A DNA stretch of 64,000 nucleotides. Source: a virus (lineage: Duplodnaviria > Caudoviricetes). The number at the start of each line of letters is the position of its first letter. The first letter of the stretch is position 1. The stretch is taken from positions 32,001 to 96,000 of the IMG/VR virus record IMGVR_UViG_3300047565_000101; one strand, written 5' to 3'. Of the stretch, positions 50,398 to 59,232 are shown one piece after another. The position numbers and the translations under genes are program-made. A model generated the notes under the pieces. It saw only the letters and a program-made list of their open reading frames with translations, did no database searches and was not told the origin of the DNA.

Positions 50398-50643
50398 ATG
50401 ACTGAAGATAACAAAGAGTCAAGTCTAGAAGAAAACCTAGATATGGCACAATATATAATGCTTCATAGAATATATGACATCCTAACGCTACTAGCAAATA
50501 ATATAGTTGGATCTGATAAGACGTCAAAGATGGTACAGTATCATGAGCAAGGATTCCTATTAGGACCAAACCCATCCTACTCGGCAGATGTTGAAAACAT
50601 AGAAGAAAATTCTTATCAAGAAACTATTGACTTAGAGCTGTAG
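50398..50643 (+). CDS. hypothetical protein
   Basis: ORF with RBS. Confidence 0.6.
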   Translation: MTEDNKESSLEENLDMAQYIMLHRIYDILTLLANNIVGSDKTSKMVQYHEQGFLLGPNPSYSADVENIEENSYQETIDLEL

Positions 50644-50655
50644 TTTTCGTACAAT
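50627..50655 (+). promoter_or_regulatory. sigma70-type promoter
   Basis: TTGACT-17-TACAAT. Confidence 0.7.
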
Positions 50656-50661
50656 TAGATT

Positions 50662-50742
50662 TGAGTAGAGCATCCACCAATGCTCCTCATTTGCACTTAT
50701 GTGCAGTAACCCCAATTGGATCCGCCTCCGATTGGGGTTTTT
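50662..50742 (+). ncRNA. candidate three-hairpin small RNA
   Basis: Own promoter, three stems, U-tail, no ORF. Confidence 0.55.
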
Positions 50743-50747
50743 ACTTA

Positions 50748-51380
50748 TTAAAATACATCTGGCTCTGACCAAACAAATGCTGGTAATGCATACCTCGTAG
50801 GACCAGGACCAACTTCTTTTACGCCATGCCAATACTCTTCCGTAGAAGGAAATACAACCATGCTTCTTCTTGGAGGCCTAATAGCAATTTGTTTTTCTGA
50901 GAAGTAAAGCTCCCCATCAGTATAGTTATCGTTTATATATATTACAGCAGCCCACTTCATTTTATCGTCTACGTATTGATCATAATGACCTTTTAGCTCA
51001 GATCCAGTATACTGTCTTTGGATAACACCAAAGGATCTAAATGAGTATTCGCAGTCCTTATCAAATAATGCCTTTAGCCTTTGATCTAGCCTATATTCTC
51101 CAATAATTCCAGCAACGTAAACCACCTTATCGTTCCAATTATGAGTTACCTCAAGCTTTGTTTCATTCAGATCTCTTGTGCCGTATCTAGACTCTGATCT
51201 ATCTTCTATGCCCTTTACGTAGGTTCCCAGCCAATCTTCTTGTGTTCTAGTTTCAGCAAAATTATATAAAAATTCGCATTCTTCTTCTGTTATAAAGTTT
51301 TTAATCAAGAATACGTTTGGGTCAAGCTGCTCAAATTCAAATCCAGCATCCTGTATATTTTTAGCATTAATTTCAGACAT
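50748..51380 (-). CDS. 2OG-Fe(II) oxygenase, prolyl-4-hydroxylase-like
   Basis: HYD...YINDNYTDGE...HGV...RY. Confidence 0.88.
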   Translation of the reverse strand: MSEINAKNIQDAGFEFEQLDPNVFLIKNFITEEECEFLYNFAETRTQEDWLGTYVKGIEDRSESRYGTRDLNETKLEVTHNWNDKVVYVAGIIGEYRLDQRLKALFDKDCEYSFRSFGVIQRQYTGSELKGHYDQYVDDKMKWAAVIYINDNYTDGELYFSEKQIAIRPPRRSMVVFPSTEEYWHGVKEVGPGPTRYALPAFVWSEPDVF

Positions 51381-51438
51381 AAGCTAATTATACACCAATG
51401 GCAATACTGTCATTATAAAGAAATGGTATAATTGAAAT

Positions 51439-51591
51439 ATGCAGACAAATAAAAAAGTTGAGATTGTAGCAGAAAAGCTGCGTCAACTGGTTCCTGACTT
51501 CACAATGTCAGAGAGCTATGTCAATGCCGCACAAATAATAGATGCGGTAGAGTCTGTAAATACAGAAGAGATTTGTGAGCCTACAGCATGA
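51439..51591 (+). CDS. small hypothetical protein (50 aa, leaderless)
   Basis: TGGTATAAT upstream; ATGA overlap with the methyltransferase. Confidence 0.5.
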   Translation: MQTNKKVEIVAEKLRQLVPDFTMSESYVNAAQIIDAVESVNTEEICEPTA

Positions 51592-52220
51592 TTAAGTATC
51601 CAAGTGGTAGCTGGGAAACCGACTTAAAAATTCCAGGAAGTTTTGTTAGAGACTATAATGATCTTATTGAAAATATTCTACAAGTAGATTCACCAATAAG
51701 ATTCTTTAAAAATGAAAGACTTTACATTCTATGGGCATATGCTCAGCACCTAGCTGATCTGGATGGCGACTTTGTTGAATGTGGAGTATACACTGGAACA
51801 TCTGCATTCTTTATGGCAAAACATTGCAAGACTAATCTTCATCTTTTTGATTCCTGGGAAGGTGTTAAAGATTTTACTGAATTTGACAATGATTTCTATA
51901 GAGAGAACTCATTTGAGATAAGCATTGATGCAGCTAAGAATACATTAGACTCTTTTGACAATGTTATCTTCCATCATGGAGAAGTTCCTTTTGAGTTTGA
52001 TCAGGTAGAGAAGATATCATTGCTTCACATTGATCTTGATAACTATAATCCAACAAAAATTGCGTTAGAGAACCTTTGGTCAAAGGTTATCGATGGCGGA
52101 GTTGTAATAGTAGATTTTCATGACTCATTTGCAACTGGTGCTGAGAAGGCAACAAGAGATTTCTTTGCAGATAAAGATATCTTGTTAATGCCTACTGGCA
52201 AAGCCATTATAGTAAAATGA
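51588..52220 (+). CDS. TylF/MycF/NovP-family O-methyltransferase
   Basis: GDFVECGVYTG, LFDSWEG and LLHIDLD motifs. Confidence 0.85.
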   Translation: MIKYPSGSWETDLKIPGSFVRDYNDLIENILQVDSPIRFFKNERLYILWAYAQHLADLDGDFVECGVYTGTSAFFMAKHCKTNLHLFDSWEGVKDFTEFDNDFYRENSFEISIDAAKNTLDSFDNVIFHHGEVPFEFDQVEKISLLHIDLDNYNPTKIALENLWSKVIDGGVVIVDFHDSFATGAEKATRDFFADKDILLMPTGKAIIVK

Positions 52221-52337
52221 CAAGAGATCACTTTAACCAAGCTTTTAACTCACCTTACTTTCAATCTGACTATTACAGAAATGAAACTGAGGCTGGAAGG
52301 GCTGAAGGAAAGATACTAAAGATTATAAATAAAATAT

Positions 52338-53048
52338 TTAGACGTACTTCTTAATAGACCTAAGCTTTGACTTGTATGCTCCATAAAACTTTGGAATAAA
52401 GTGTTTAATCTGACTTGCTAACTTTACTTCATAATCTTCTTGAGTTCCTATAACCATAGAGAACTCTTCTCTTTTAAATGGGAATACTTGAACTAATGGT
52501 GTTCCCTGCTTTATAATACCTTTAAACCCCTTTTTAATCGCAATAGAAAAATAGCCCTGAGATACGTATTTATCAGTATCAATTATTCCTGGAAGGGCTG
52601 CAAAGTTATCATTATCAGGGTGAGAAGTCGGGATAAAAAGAGAGCTATACCCTTCCTCTGTTGATACATACCATAATGGATCTACTCTAAATATGCTTCT
52701 ATGATATGAGCTATCTAATGTATAGTTTAGATACTGTTCATAAGGATGAGTGTTTGTGATATTGCTCTTAAATATATCTACGCCTTGCTGATCAACTAAA
52801 TATGGAGCTCTTATGTCTAATACATCTGGGTCTGTTGCATCTACATATATATCACAAGGAAAGTATAAAGTGTATCCAGCTGTCATTACATCAAATATAG
52901 ACATGCATCTTTTGATTGTAGATTGAAACTCTGTATTGTTTGGATCTTCTTTCTTATACCATTCTGGCAAAGACTTTGACGCTGGCGTTGGCTGTATAGT
53001 CCATTGAGCAACAGAATTATTAAGCGGATAAAAAGTTATTAGGCTCAT
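52338..53048 (-). CDS. conserved hypothetical protein (paralog of 37031-37762)
   Basis: KRC...D.MTAGY..PCDI, GIIDTD and GTPLVQVFPFKRE motifs. Confidence 0.7.
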   Translation of the reverse strand: MSLITFYPLNNSVAQWTIQPTPASKSLPEWYKKEDPNNTEFQSTIKRCMSIFDVMTAGYTLYFPCDIYVDATDPDVLDIRAPYLVDQQGVDIFKSNITNTHPYEQYLNYTLDSSYHRSIFRVDPLWYVSTEEGYSSLFIPTSHPDNDNFAALPGIIDTDKYVSQGYFSIAIKKGFKGIIKQGTPLVQVFPFKREEFSMVIGTQEDYEVKLASQIKHFIPKFYGAYKSKLRSIKKYV

Positions 53049-53194
53049 GCCCAGAAGTCTTCTATGTCGTCTTCTTCGTCGTCCCAACTAATATTAAATA
53101 TCTCTAGCTCTTGTGTTTTATTAAATGAGTAAATTAGACCAATAGCAGCCACAAAAAGTGCGACGAGAACAGAACCAACAATTGCTTTTTTCAT
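53045..53194 (-). CDS. small membrane protein with acidic tail (49 aa)
   Basis: MKKAIVGSVLVALFVAAIGLIY...DDEEDDIEDFWA; coupled at both ends. Confidence 0.55.
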   Translation of the reverse strand: MKKAIVGSVLVALFVAAIGLIYSFNKTQELEIFNISWDDEEDDIEDFWA

Positions 53195-53484
53195 TTATTC
53201 CTCTTTTCAATCTTATTTGTCTTTCGTATATGAGTGCGAACTCGGTGGCAATTAGAACATACCACTTCACATTTCTTAATCTCTTCATCTATCTTTTTCT
53301 TAGATAGTGTTTGAATCAACTCGGCTACATTCTTATGCTTTACGCCACGTACATGATCGAAGTCCATCACATAATATGGATACTGTATTTTACAGTCGGC
53401 GCAAGGATGCTTCTCCTTGTAGTCTCTTATATATTGAGCAAGGTAAGCCTTTTGCTTGGCTATTGAGACCTTTTCAGTCTTCAT
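53191..53484 (-). CDS. HNH endonuclease-like protein
   Basis: CADC, DFDH and CSNCH motifs. Confidence 0.8.
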   Translation of the reverse strand: MKTEKVSIAKQKAYLAQYIRDYKEKHPCADCKIQYPYYVMDFDHVRGVKHKNVAELIQTLSKKKIDEEIKKCEVVCSNCHRVRTHIRKTNKIEKRNK

Positions 53485-53569
53485 TGCTACTATTATAGTA
53501 TATTGATCTTATTAAGTGCAAAATGCAGTGCGCCGAAAGTAGAGAACACATTTTAGCTTTTCATATTTG

Positions 53570-53644
53570 TAGGCCTAATCGGATTTGAACCGATACTCGA
53601 TTGTATATAAGACAATTGCTTTCACCAGATTAAGCTATAGGCCC
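53570..53644 (-). tRNA. tRNA-Ile (anticodon UAU)
   Basis: Acceptor stem GGGCCTA/TAGGCCT, D-loop GG, anticodon arm ATTGT-CTTATAT-ACAAT, T arm ATCGG-TTCAAAT-CCGAT; no encoded CCA. Confidence 0.9.
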
Positions 53645-53829
53645 ATGAGATAAACTTGATAAGCTATCCCACATATATGAACCATGATCATTGTAATGCC
53701 TATCCACAATATTGTCTTAATCTTAGTCAACTACTTTCTATATATATTTATATTCTTTTAAGTATTTAATCTTTTATAGTATACTTCCAGATTTAGAGCA
53801 TACAACCCCTATACCCCTTCAAGTTTTTT

Positions 53830-54015
53830 AAAAATAAAAAAACAAAAAAGGAACCCCGAAATTGTCAATTTATAAGATCGCAATTCATCGGTTGAACTTC
53901 CAACGAAATGAGGCGGGAAGCCAGGATTGCATAATCTAGAAGCATATATTACACTTCCGTCATTATCGCACTTGGAGTTTAACCCCTTGATATAATCTCC
54001 GAAAACTGTCCAAGG
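53830..54015 (-). ncRNA. candidate structured ncRNA, about 185 nt
   Basis: Promoter at 54021-54050, several stems, long U-rich end, no convincing ORF. Confidence 0.4.
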
Positions 54016-54020
54016 CTAAA

Positions 54021-54050
54021 AGTATAACATTAAGAAATTATGGCAGTCAA
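54021..54050 (-). promoter_or_regulatory. sigma70-type promoter
   Basis: TTGACT-18-TATACT. Confidence 0.6.
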
Positions 54051-54151
54051 GGTAAGATGAGAAAGTTATTTAAAGGGCCTTCTCAGGGCCTCTAGCCACA
54101 TTTACCAGGTCTGAGTACCAAAGATGACCTCAAAGTGGCTCAAATCGGCTC

Positions 54152-54259
54152 CTAGGCCTTTTTAAGACATGTTTTAAAATGATTGGCAAGACTCATATGG
54201 GCAAAAGAAGACTTTACTTGAATCTCCTTGCCACATTTGTCGCAGATCACTATACGCAT
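54152..54259 (-). CDS. 35-aa zinc-finger microprotein
   Basis: MRIVICDKCGKEIQVKSSFAHMSLANHFKTC. Confidence 0.5.
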   Translation of the reverse strand: MRIVICDKCGKEIQVKSSFAHMSLANHFKTCLKKA

Positions 54260-54307
54260 TGCATAAGTCTAGCATAAGACTAGTCAATTAAAAATACTTA
54301 ATGTATA

Positions 54308-55156
54308 ATGATATCTATGAAGGCTACGAGATTACATGACAAGATGTTTTACTACACCGACCTTTTGACTGATGAAGAAAAAAATCGGGTTAATGAGATC
54401 ATGGAATCAATGCAGGGCTGGGAAAGAATATTCGACGATGGTCATGAATATGATCCTAATATAGCACATCAAGACGAAAGCGACTTTCAGTCAATTATGA
54501 TCATGTATCGAAAAGAGATTATTCCACCAGCTGAGAAAGAGCTGAGAGATATCATTGATTCAGCCTATAGAAAAGCACATGCTCACTATGTATCCGAGTT
54601 TGGCATAACTGGAGACAATCCAGTGCATCCATTTAACTCAGTAGATAAGCACATGCCTGGAACAGCTTATGCTACCCATATTGATAGTGCTCCAATTGGA
54701 GTAGAATCTTTCACAATGCTCTTTTATCTCAATGATGCCTATACAGGAGGAGAAATTGCTTTTTCTCTTCCCCGCCAAAATTATAAATTTCACGTAGTTA
54801 ATGGAATTGTTGTAAATGGTCCAAGATCTCACCGTAGTCCTGAAGATCCTAAGAATGCACCGCTTATTGATTTCTGGTTAAAGCCTGAAGCATTCTCAAT
54901 TATTATCTTCCCGCCTCTATATCCGTATATTCACACAGTTCACACTATCACTAGTGGATTCAAGTATTTGATCAAGGGACATTGGCAAGTTAATAAAGCA
55001 GATATCAAACACTGGTCTGCCAGCCCATATGAAGGATTTAGTGATGATGAGATTGCAAGTAAGTCTGACATGAAGATGCGTCATGGACTTATGTATGAAG
55101 CTATGCTCGAAAATAAAGAGCTAGTTCCTGAAGATGTCAAAGAATACTATATCTAA
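54308..55156 (+). CDS. 2OG-Fe(II) oxygenase, prolyl-4-hydroxylase-like
   Basis: HID...YLNDAYTGGE...YIHTV...KY. Confidence 0.85.
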   Translation: MISMKATRLHDKMFYYTDLLTDEEKNRVNEIMESMQGWERIFDDGHEYDPNIAHQDESDFQSIMIMYRKEIIPPAEKELRDIIDSAYRKAHAHYVSEFGITGDNPVHPFNSVDKHMPGTAYATHIDSAPIGVESFTMLFYLNDAYTGGEIAFSLPRQNYKFHVVNGIVVNGPRSHRSPEDPKNAPLIDFWLKPEAFSIIIFPPLYPYIHTVHTITSGFKYLIKGHWQVNKADIKHWSASPYEGFSDDEIASKSDMKMRHGLMYEAMLENKELVPEDVKEYYI

Positions 55157-55431
55157 TATATTCTAGTCGACTGCTATTTCAGATTTAGCAAAATGTTAAT
55201 AAAATTTTATTTTTGAAAAATGTCTCTACATAGAGACCATACCAAAGCTGCTGAGAAAATAGCCCATAGTAATATCATTAGATCCATCATGTCTATTATT
55301 ATACCCCGCCTTTTATTCCAGTTGACTACTATCTCGTTTTTAGCAAAATGTTAATAGAGATTTTATTTGTATGATACACACATATAGAAATGTCCGTTTT
55401 GTCCGATAGTCCGCCCATATGACTGGTCATA

Positions 55432-55447
55432 TGTGAGCCATATCACA
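55432..55447. promoter_or_regulatory. CRP/GlxR-type box, first of at least 10
   Basis: TGTGA-gccata-TCACA; others at 55905, 56527, 56650, 57565, 59228, 59332, 60100, 61328 and 62545. Confidence 0.7.
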
Positions 55448-55494
55448 AACTATTTTCTTGAAATGTCCGACATGTCCGATTTTGGATTTGATAT

Positions 55495-55517
55495 TTGTCA
55501 GTCCCCCATGTTAAGCT
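55495..55517 (+). promoter_or_regulatory. PafBC/RecA-NDp-type promoter 1
   Basis: TTGTCAGTC-N8-TAAGCT. Confidence 0.7.
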
Positions 55518-55550
55518 TTATATATAAAGTTAAAGAAGAAAGGAGTTCAC

Positions 55551-55727
55551 ATGAACTCACTATATATGCCAGCGGATAGCCTTAAGCCTATCCTCCACCG
55601 TCCTACTACTATGGGACAAGGTGCAACACCTTGCACGAACTGTAACGAAACAGTTCAATTCAATACATGGAATCGACGATATGAAAATGTCGCAACAGGT
55701 TCTATCCGTTGTGCGGAGGCTAAGTAA
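55551..55727 (+). CDS. small early protein (58 aa)
   Basis: AGGAG RBS; CTNC motif. Confidence 0.6.
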   Translation: MNSLYMPADSLKPILHRPTTMGQGATPCTNCNETVQFNTWNRRYENVATGSIRCAEAK

Positions 55728-55903
55728 TGACTAACAAGAATTGGACAGAAATCACCATGAAGAATGGTAAGTTCCTTGAGGGTGTAGTAACTATCGAAAC
55801 CGATACACATGTATCACTATATAAACTACCTTTCCCTATCGCTAAGAAGAACATAGCGACACGAAACGAACGCCGTTTGGTAATCACCACCCAAGCCTAC
55901 TAG
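55727..55903 (+). CDS. small early protein (58 aa)
   Basis: TAATG coupling. Confidence 0.6.
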   Translation: MTNKNWTEITMKNGKFLEGVVTIETDTHVSLYKLPFPIAKKNIATRNERRLVITTQAY

Positions 55904-55936
55904 GTGTGAGCAACACCACACCAAATAGCCTTGCAA

Positions 55937-55959
55937 TTGTCAGACTTATCTGATACCTT
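55937..55959 (+). promoter_or_regulatory. PafBC-type promoter 2
   Basis: TTGTCAGAC-N8-TACCTT. Confidence 0.65.
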
Positions 55960-55994
55960 AATCTTATTGAACTACTAAAGAAAGAAGAAACAAA

Positions 55995-56165
55995 ATGTCA
56001 TACGCAAGCGATTCAGTATATGGTCACTCATACTCTAAGTGGGATACTATTCAAGAAGATGTAGCAGATATGTATCTTGATGATGTCGAAGATGTCGAAG
56101 AAGATTTTGACCTTGATGATGTAGAAGATGTAGAGTTTGACCTAGATGAGTGGGAGGAGATGTAA
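55995..56165 (+). CDS. highly acidic 56-aa protein
   Basis: ...YLDDVEDVEEDFDLDDVEDVEFDLDEWEEM. Confidence 0.65.
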   Translation: MSYASDSVYGHSYSKWDTIQEDVADMYLDDVEDVEEDFDLDDVEDVEFDLDEWEEM

Positions 56166-56223
56166 TGACTATCCTCTTACTAATAACTGTCCTTTATTCT
56201 TTCCTAATGATTGGATTCATGAA

Positions 56224-56427
56224 ATGAGCGAGGGTATCTTCACAATAGAATTAGGATCGCATGGCTTTATGCTTGATACTGATTGGGCTTATGTATCTCT
56301 ATCATGGGAGCTACTAATCTCCACCGCCGTTATTATTGTCGGTGCTAAGGTATACAATAAGATAAAGAATAGTAAGAAAGAAACTCCCCTACTAGTTGAT
56401 GACAATGATGATTGGATGACAAAATGA
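56224..56427 (+). CDS. small membrane protein
   Basis: MSEGIFT start; one TM helix. Confidence 0.55.
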   Translation: MSEGIFTIELGSHGFMLDTDWAYVSLSWELLISTAVIIVGAKVYNKIKNSKKETPLLVDDNDDWMTK

Positions 56428-56691
56428 CCAGAGCAATTACTAGCCTAGTTCAAACCTTTATCGCTATCCCCGCCCTATATATGGCGAGAATCGTAGGGCG
56501 TGAGGTAATCGCAGACATGCGAGAGATGTGGCAAGAATCACATTAGCCTAACGGCGTGTCGCCTTGACAAAGTCGGCATCCGCCCCTAGCTTTTTGAGGG
56601 CGCTGTCAAGTCGAATTACGGCGTGTCGCAAAAAAATCCTGAAAATTCCTGTGATCTTAAACACACGACACACCTAGCGATATCACACAAT

Positions 56692-56714
56692 TTGTCGGTG
56701 GGGTGCGCTACAAT
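56692..56714 (+). promoter_or_regulatory. PafBC-type promoter 3
   Basis: TTGTCGGTG-N8-TACAAT. Confidence 0.8.
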
Positions 56715-56745
56715 TCTCATATCAACACAACGAAAGGTGGACACC

Positions 56746-56907
56746 ATGTCTTCACTATATCCAATCCGCTCTATATGCGGAAACACAACCTCATACCTAG
56801 ACGGGTATGACCTTGCACATAACAATGCAGTTATCTGTTGCGATAATTGCGAAAGCATTTTGATGTGCCGTAAGGCGTGGCTCTCAATGTATGCAGGGGG
56901 TAAGTAA
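56746..56907 (+). CDS. small Cys-containing protein
   Basis: GAAAGG RBS; MSSLYPIRSICG. Confidence 0.6.
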   Translation: MSSLYPIRSICGNTTSYLDGYDLAHNNAVICCDNCESILMCRKAWLSMYAGGK

Positions 56908-57252
56908 TGACTATCTACGCTATCACTTCAGACTATGAAGCACCTTATGAATATTTTGCTAACAAGGTAGACGCTATTCGTGCCCTAGGTGAGGGCAAGG
57001 CTTACAATATTAAGTTTGATTACATCATAGAAATTGAGGTTAAATAAATGATTACTCTAAATTGCCGCTCATGCGATGAGCCAATGGAATCTATGTGGTT
57101 TGATTCAAGCGACATAATCGAATGTCCAGACTGTTGGGGGGATTTTGAATAATGGAAAAAGATATTTTTGGTTTTGCCGATGCTATCGAAATTGACCACC
57201 TCACCGATGAAGAAATGAAAACTATTCTAGAAATGTTTGGAGATAAAAACTA

Positions 57253-57432
57253 ATGATGACTAAAAAAGACTATGAGCGTTTCGCTTATCTACTTAACTCT
57301 ATCAATAATGGCTTTCCCGATTTTGAGGCTAAGCGTTTTCTAGTTAACAATATGTGTGAGATATTCGAAACGGATAACCCCCGTTTTGATCGTGCTAAGT
57401 TTAAAGAGGCGGTGTATGCTACATCACAGTAG
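57253..57432 (+). CDS. small protein of the MTxKDY...DNPRFD family
   Basis: Manual translation; paralog of 58346-58531. Confidence 0.65.
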   Translation: MMTKKDYERFAYLLNSINNGFPDFEAKRFLVNNMCEIFETDNPRFDRAKFKEAVYATSQ

Positions 57433-57627
57433 CTACACGGCGTGTCGGCTTGACAAAAGCTGATCCGCCCGCAAAAGCGTGGGGGACTGGTCACATTTAA
57501 GAAATGACCATTTTTTCCCTGAAATTTCGGCGTGTCGATTTGACAGACAATTCGGACATTTTGATGTGACTCTAATCACACGAACATCGTTCCATATTGT
57601 GAGATAAATGCGTGTCGGATTAACAAT

Positions 57628-57650
57628 TTGTCAGACCCCTAGGCTATAAT
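57628..57650 (+). promoter_or_regulatory. PafBC-type promoter 4
   Basis: TTGTCAGAC-N8-TATAAT. Confidence 0.8.
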
Positions 57651-57683
57651 ACTCTTATACAAACAAACGAAAGGTGACAACTT

Positions 57684-57887
57684 ATGTCAGCAAATGTCTA
57701 CTCTGTCCGTGACTTGCTTATCGGCAAGCGTTACAACTCTTCAACTCTTTCAGGCGTGATTCTTTCCGCCGAAGACCACCCTCATGCCGTATGGTATGAG
57801 GGTTGCGATTCTTACCTCGTAGAGGTTAAGCCAGATAATTCTATCGGCACAACTTTCCGCACAGTTGCCGTAAAGGTAGGTGCATAA
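57684..57887 (+). CDS. small early protein
   Basis: RBS after promoter. Confidence 0.7.
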   Translation: MSANVYSVRDLLIGKRYNSSTLSGVILSAEDHPHAVWYEGCDSYLVEVKPDNSIGTTFRTVAVKVGA

Positions 57888-58010
57888 TATGGGAAGCCTA
57901 GAATTCTTTAAAATAGATGAAGACGGCGCAGGCTGGGTTTCATTCAATGAATTATCAGATGAAAAGAAACTAGAAATTGAAATAGAATTATTTCAGGAAG
58001 GTGCGCTCTA

Positions 58011-58217
58011 ATGTATAAAGTAACTTGCCAATATGATTTCGAAGAAAGTCCTCATTGGACTGGTCGCTATGATGACGAAATGGAAGCATGGCGCAATTTC
58101 TTTCTCTTCACCGATTGGGGAATGGCTAACGAATACTCAACTGTAAATATTTATACACCGTCAGCAAAATGCTACACAAAGATTTTTTACCGAGATGGAA
58201 GGGTCGTAACAAAATGA
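58011..58217 (+). CDS. small early protein
   Basis: Coupled ORF. Confidence 0.65.
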   Translation: MYKVTCQYDFEESPHWTGRYDDEMEAWRNFFLFTDWGMANEYSTVNIYTPSAKCYTKIFYRDGRVVTK

Positions 58218-58345
58218 GCATGCTATTAATCCCAACACGGGCAGGATATATTTATGAATGCCCTGAATGCGCTAGACGATTTGACCCTAGCGATATTATT
58301 GACTCATTAGAATTGACAACTGGACACGATTGCGAGGCTAAATAA

Positions 58346-58531
58346 ATGATGACTAGAAAAGACTATATCGCTACCGCCGAGATTCTAAAGTATATGAGCA
58401 ACAAAACTCACCCCGCTTTATTCTCTAAGGTTGTTACAGATTTTGCGGAGATGTTTGCAAAAGATAATCCCCGCTTTGATGTTGTTCGATTCCATGAGGC
58501 TAGCAACTACGAAATGAAAGTGGTGAAATAA
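58346..58531 (+). CDS. small protein of the MTxKDY...DNPRFD family
   Basis: Paralog of 57253-57432. Confidence 0.7.
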   Translation: MMTRKDYIATAEILKYMSNKTHPALFSKVVTDFAEMFAKDNPRFDVVRFHEASNYEMKVVK

Positions 58532-58798
58532 TGTTGAAGGATATTATTGCTAATGAATGTTTAGACTGTGGAGAGATTGCTTTCGTGTTTGATAATGATG
58601 GGTGGATCGAATTGATGGGGTGCGCTTGCGTTGATGGCATGAATGATTTAGATTGGGTGAATGAGCCATAAAATAAATTAAATTAGACGGCGTGTCGACT
58701 TGACAAAAGTCGATGCTGCCCGCAAAGGAGCGGGGTCGGGCGTGTCGTTAAGAAGATGATCTAGATCACCCTGGAATTTACGGCGTGTCGTTTTTGAT

Positions 58799-58821
58799 TT
58801 GTCGGTCACACATGGTATAGT
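58799..58821 (+). promoter_or_regulatory. PafBC-type promoter 5
   Basis: TTGTCGGTC-N8-TATAGT. Confidence 0.8.
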
Positions 58822-58849
58822 TCTCTTAAATCAAACGAAAGGTCAACTC

Positions 58850-59023
58850 ATGAAAACTATTGAACTTCTTGGCAACCGTGATGAGGTTGTTATTCTTTAC
58901 ACCGCTCTCGTTAATCTCATGGACATCATTGAAGATAACGGCAATGCATACGGCATGGCTCAGCCAACAGCAGATTTACTTGAGCAGATTACATATATCA
59001 AGAACACATGGGAGGAAAACTAA
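58850..59023 (+). CDS. small early protein
   Basis: GAAAGG RBS; MKTIELL. Confidence 0.6.
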   Translation: MKTIELLGNRDEVVILYTALVNLMDIIEDNGNAYGMAQPTADLLEQITYIKNTWEEN

Positions 59024-59232
59024 TGGAATACAAAGTATATTGCATGGCTGGTGACAACTGTGGCCAGTATATCATTCTAGATGACTACGAATATGGTTTC
59101 TATGATAACGACTATATTTGCGGTGATTGTCAGAATGCTGAAGATATGGATCTTCATGATTGGTATGATGACGGAGATGACAGTTATTCCCTCGCTTCCG
59201 CTGGCTTTGGCTCAGACGAAGACTATATGTGA
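59023..59232 (+). CDS. acidic Cys-containing protein ending SLASAGFGSDEDYM
   Basis: Coupled ORF. Confidence 0.65.
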   Translation: MEYKVYCMAGDNCGQYIILDDYEYGFYDNDYICGDCQNAEDMDLHDWYDDGDDSYSLASAGFGSDEDYM

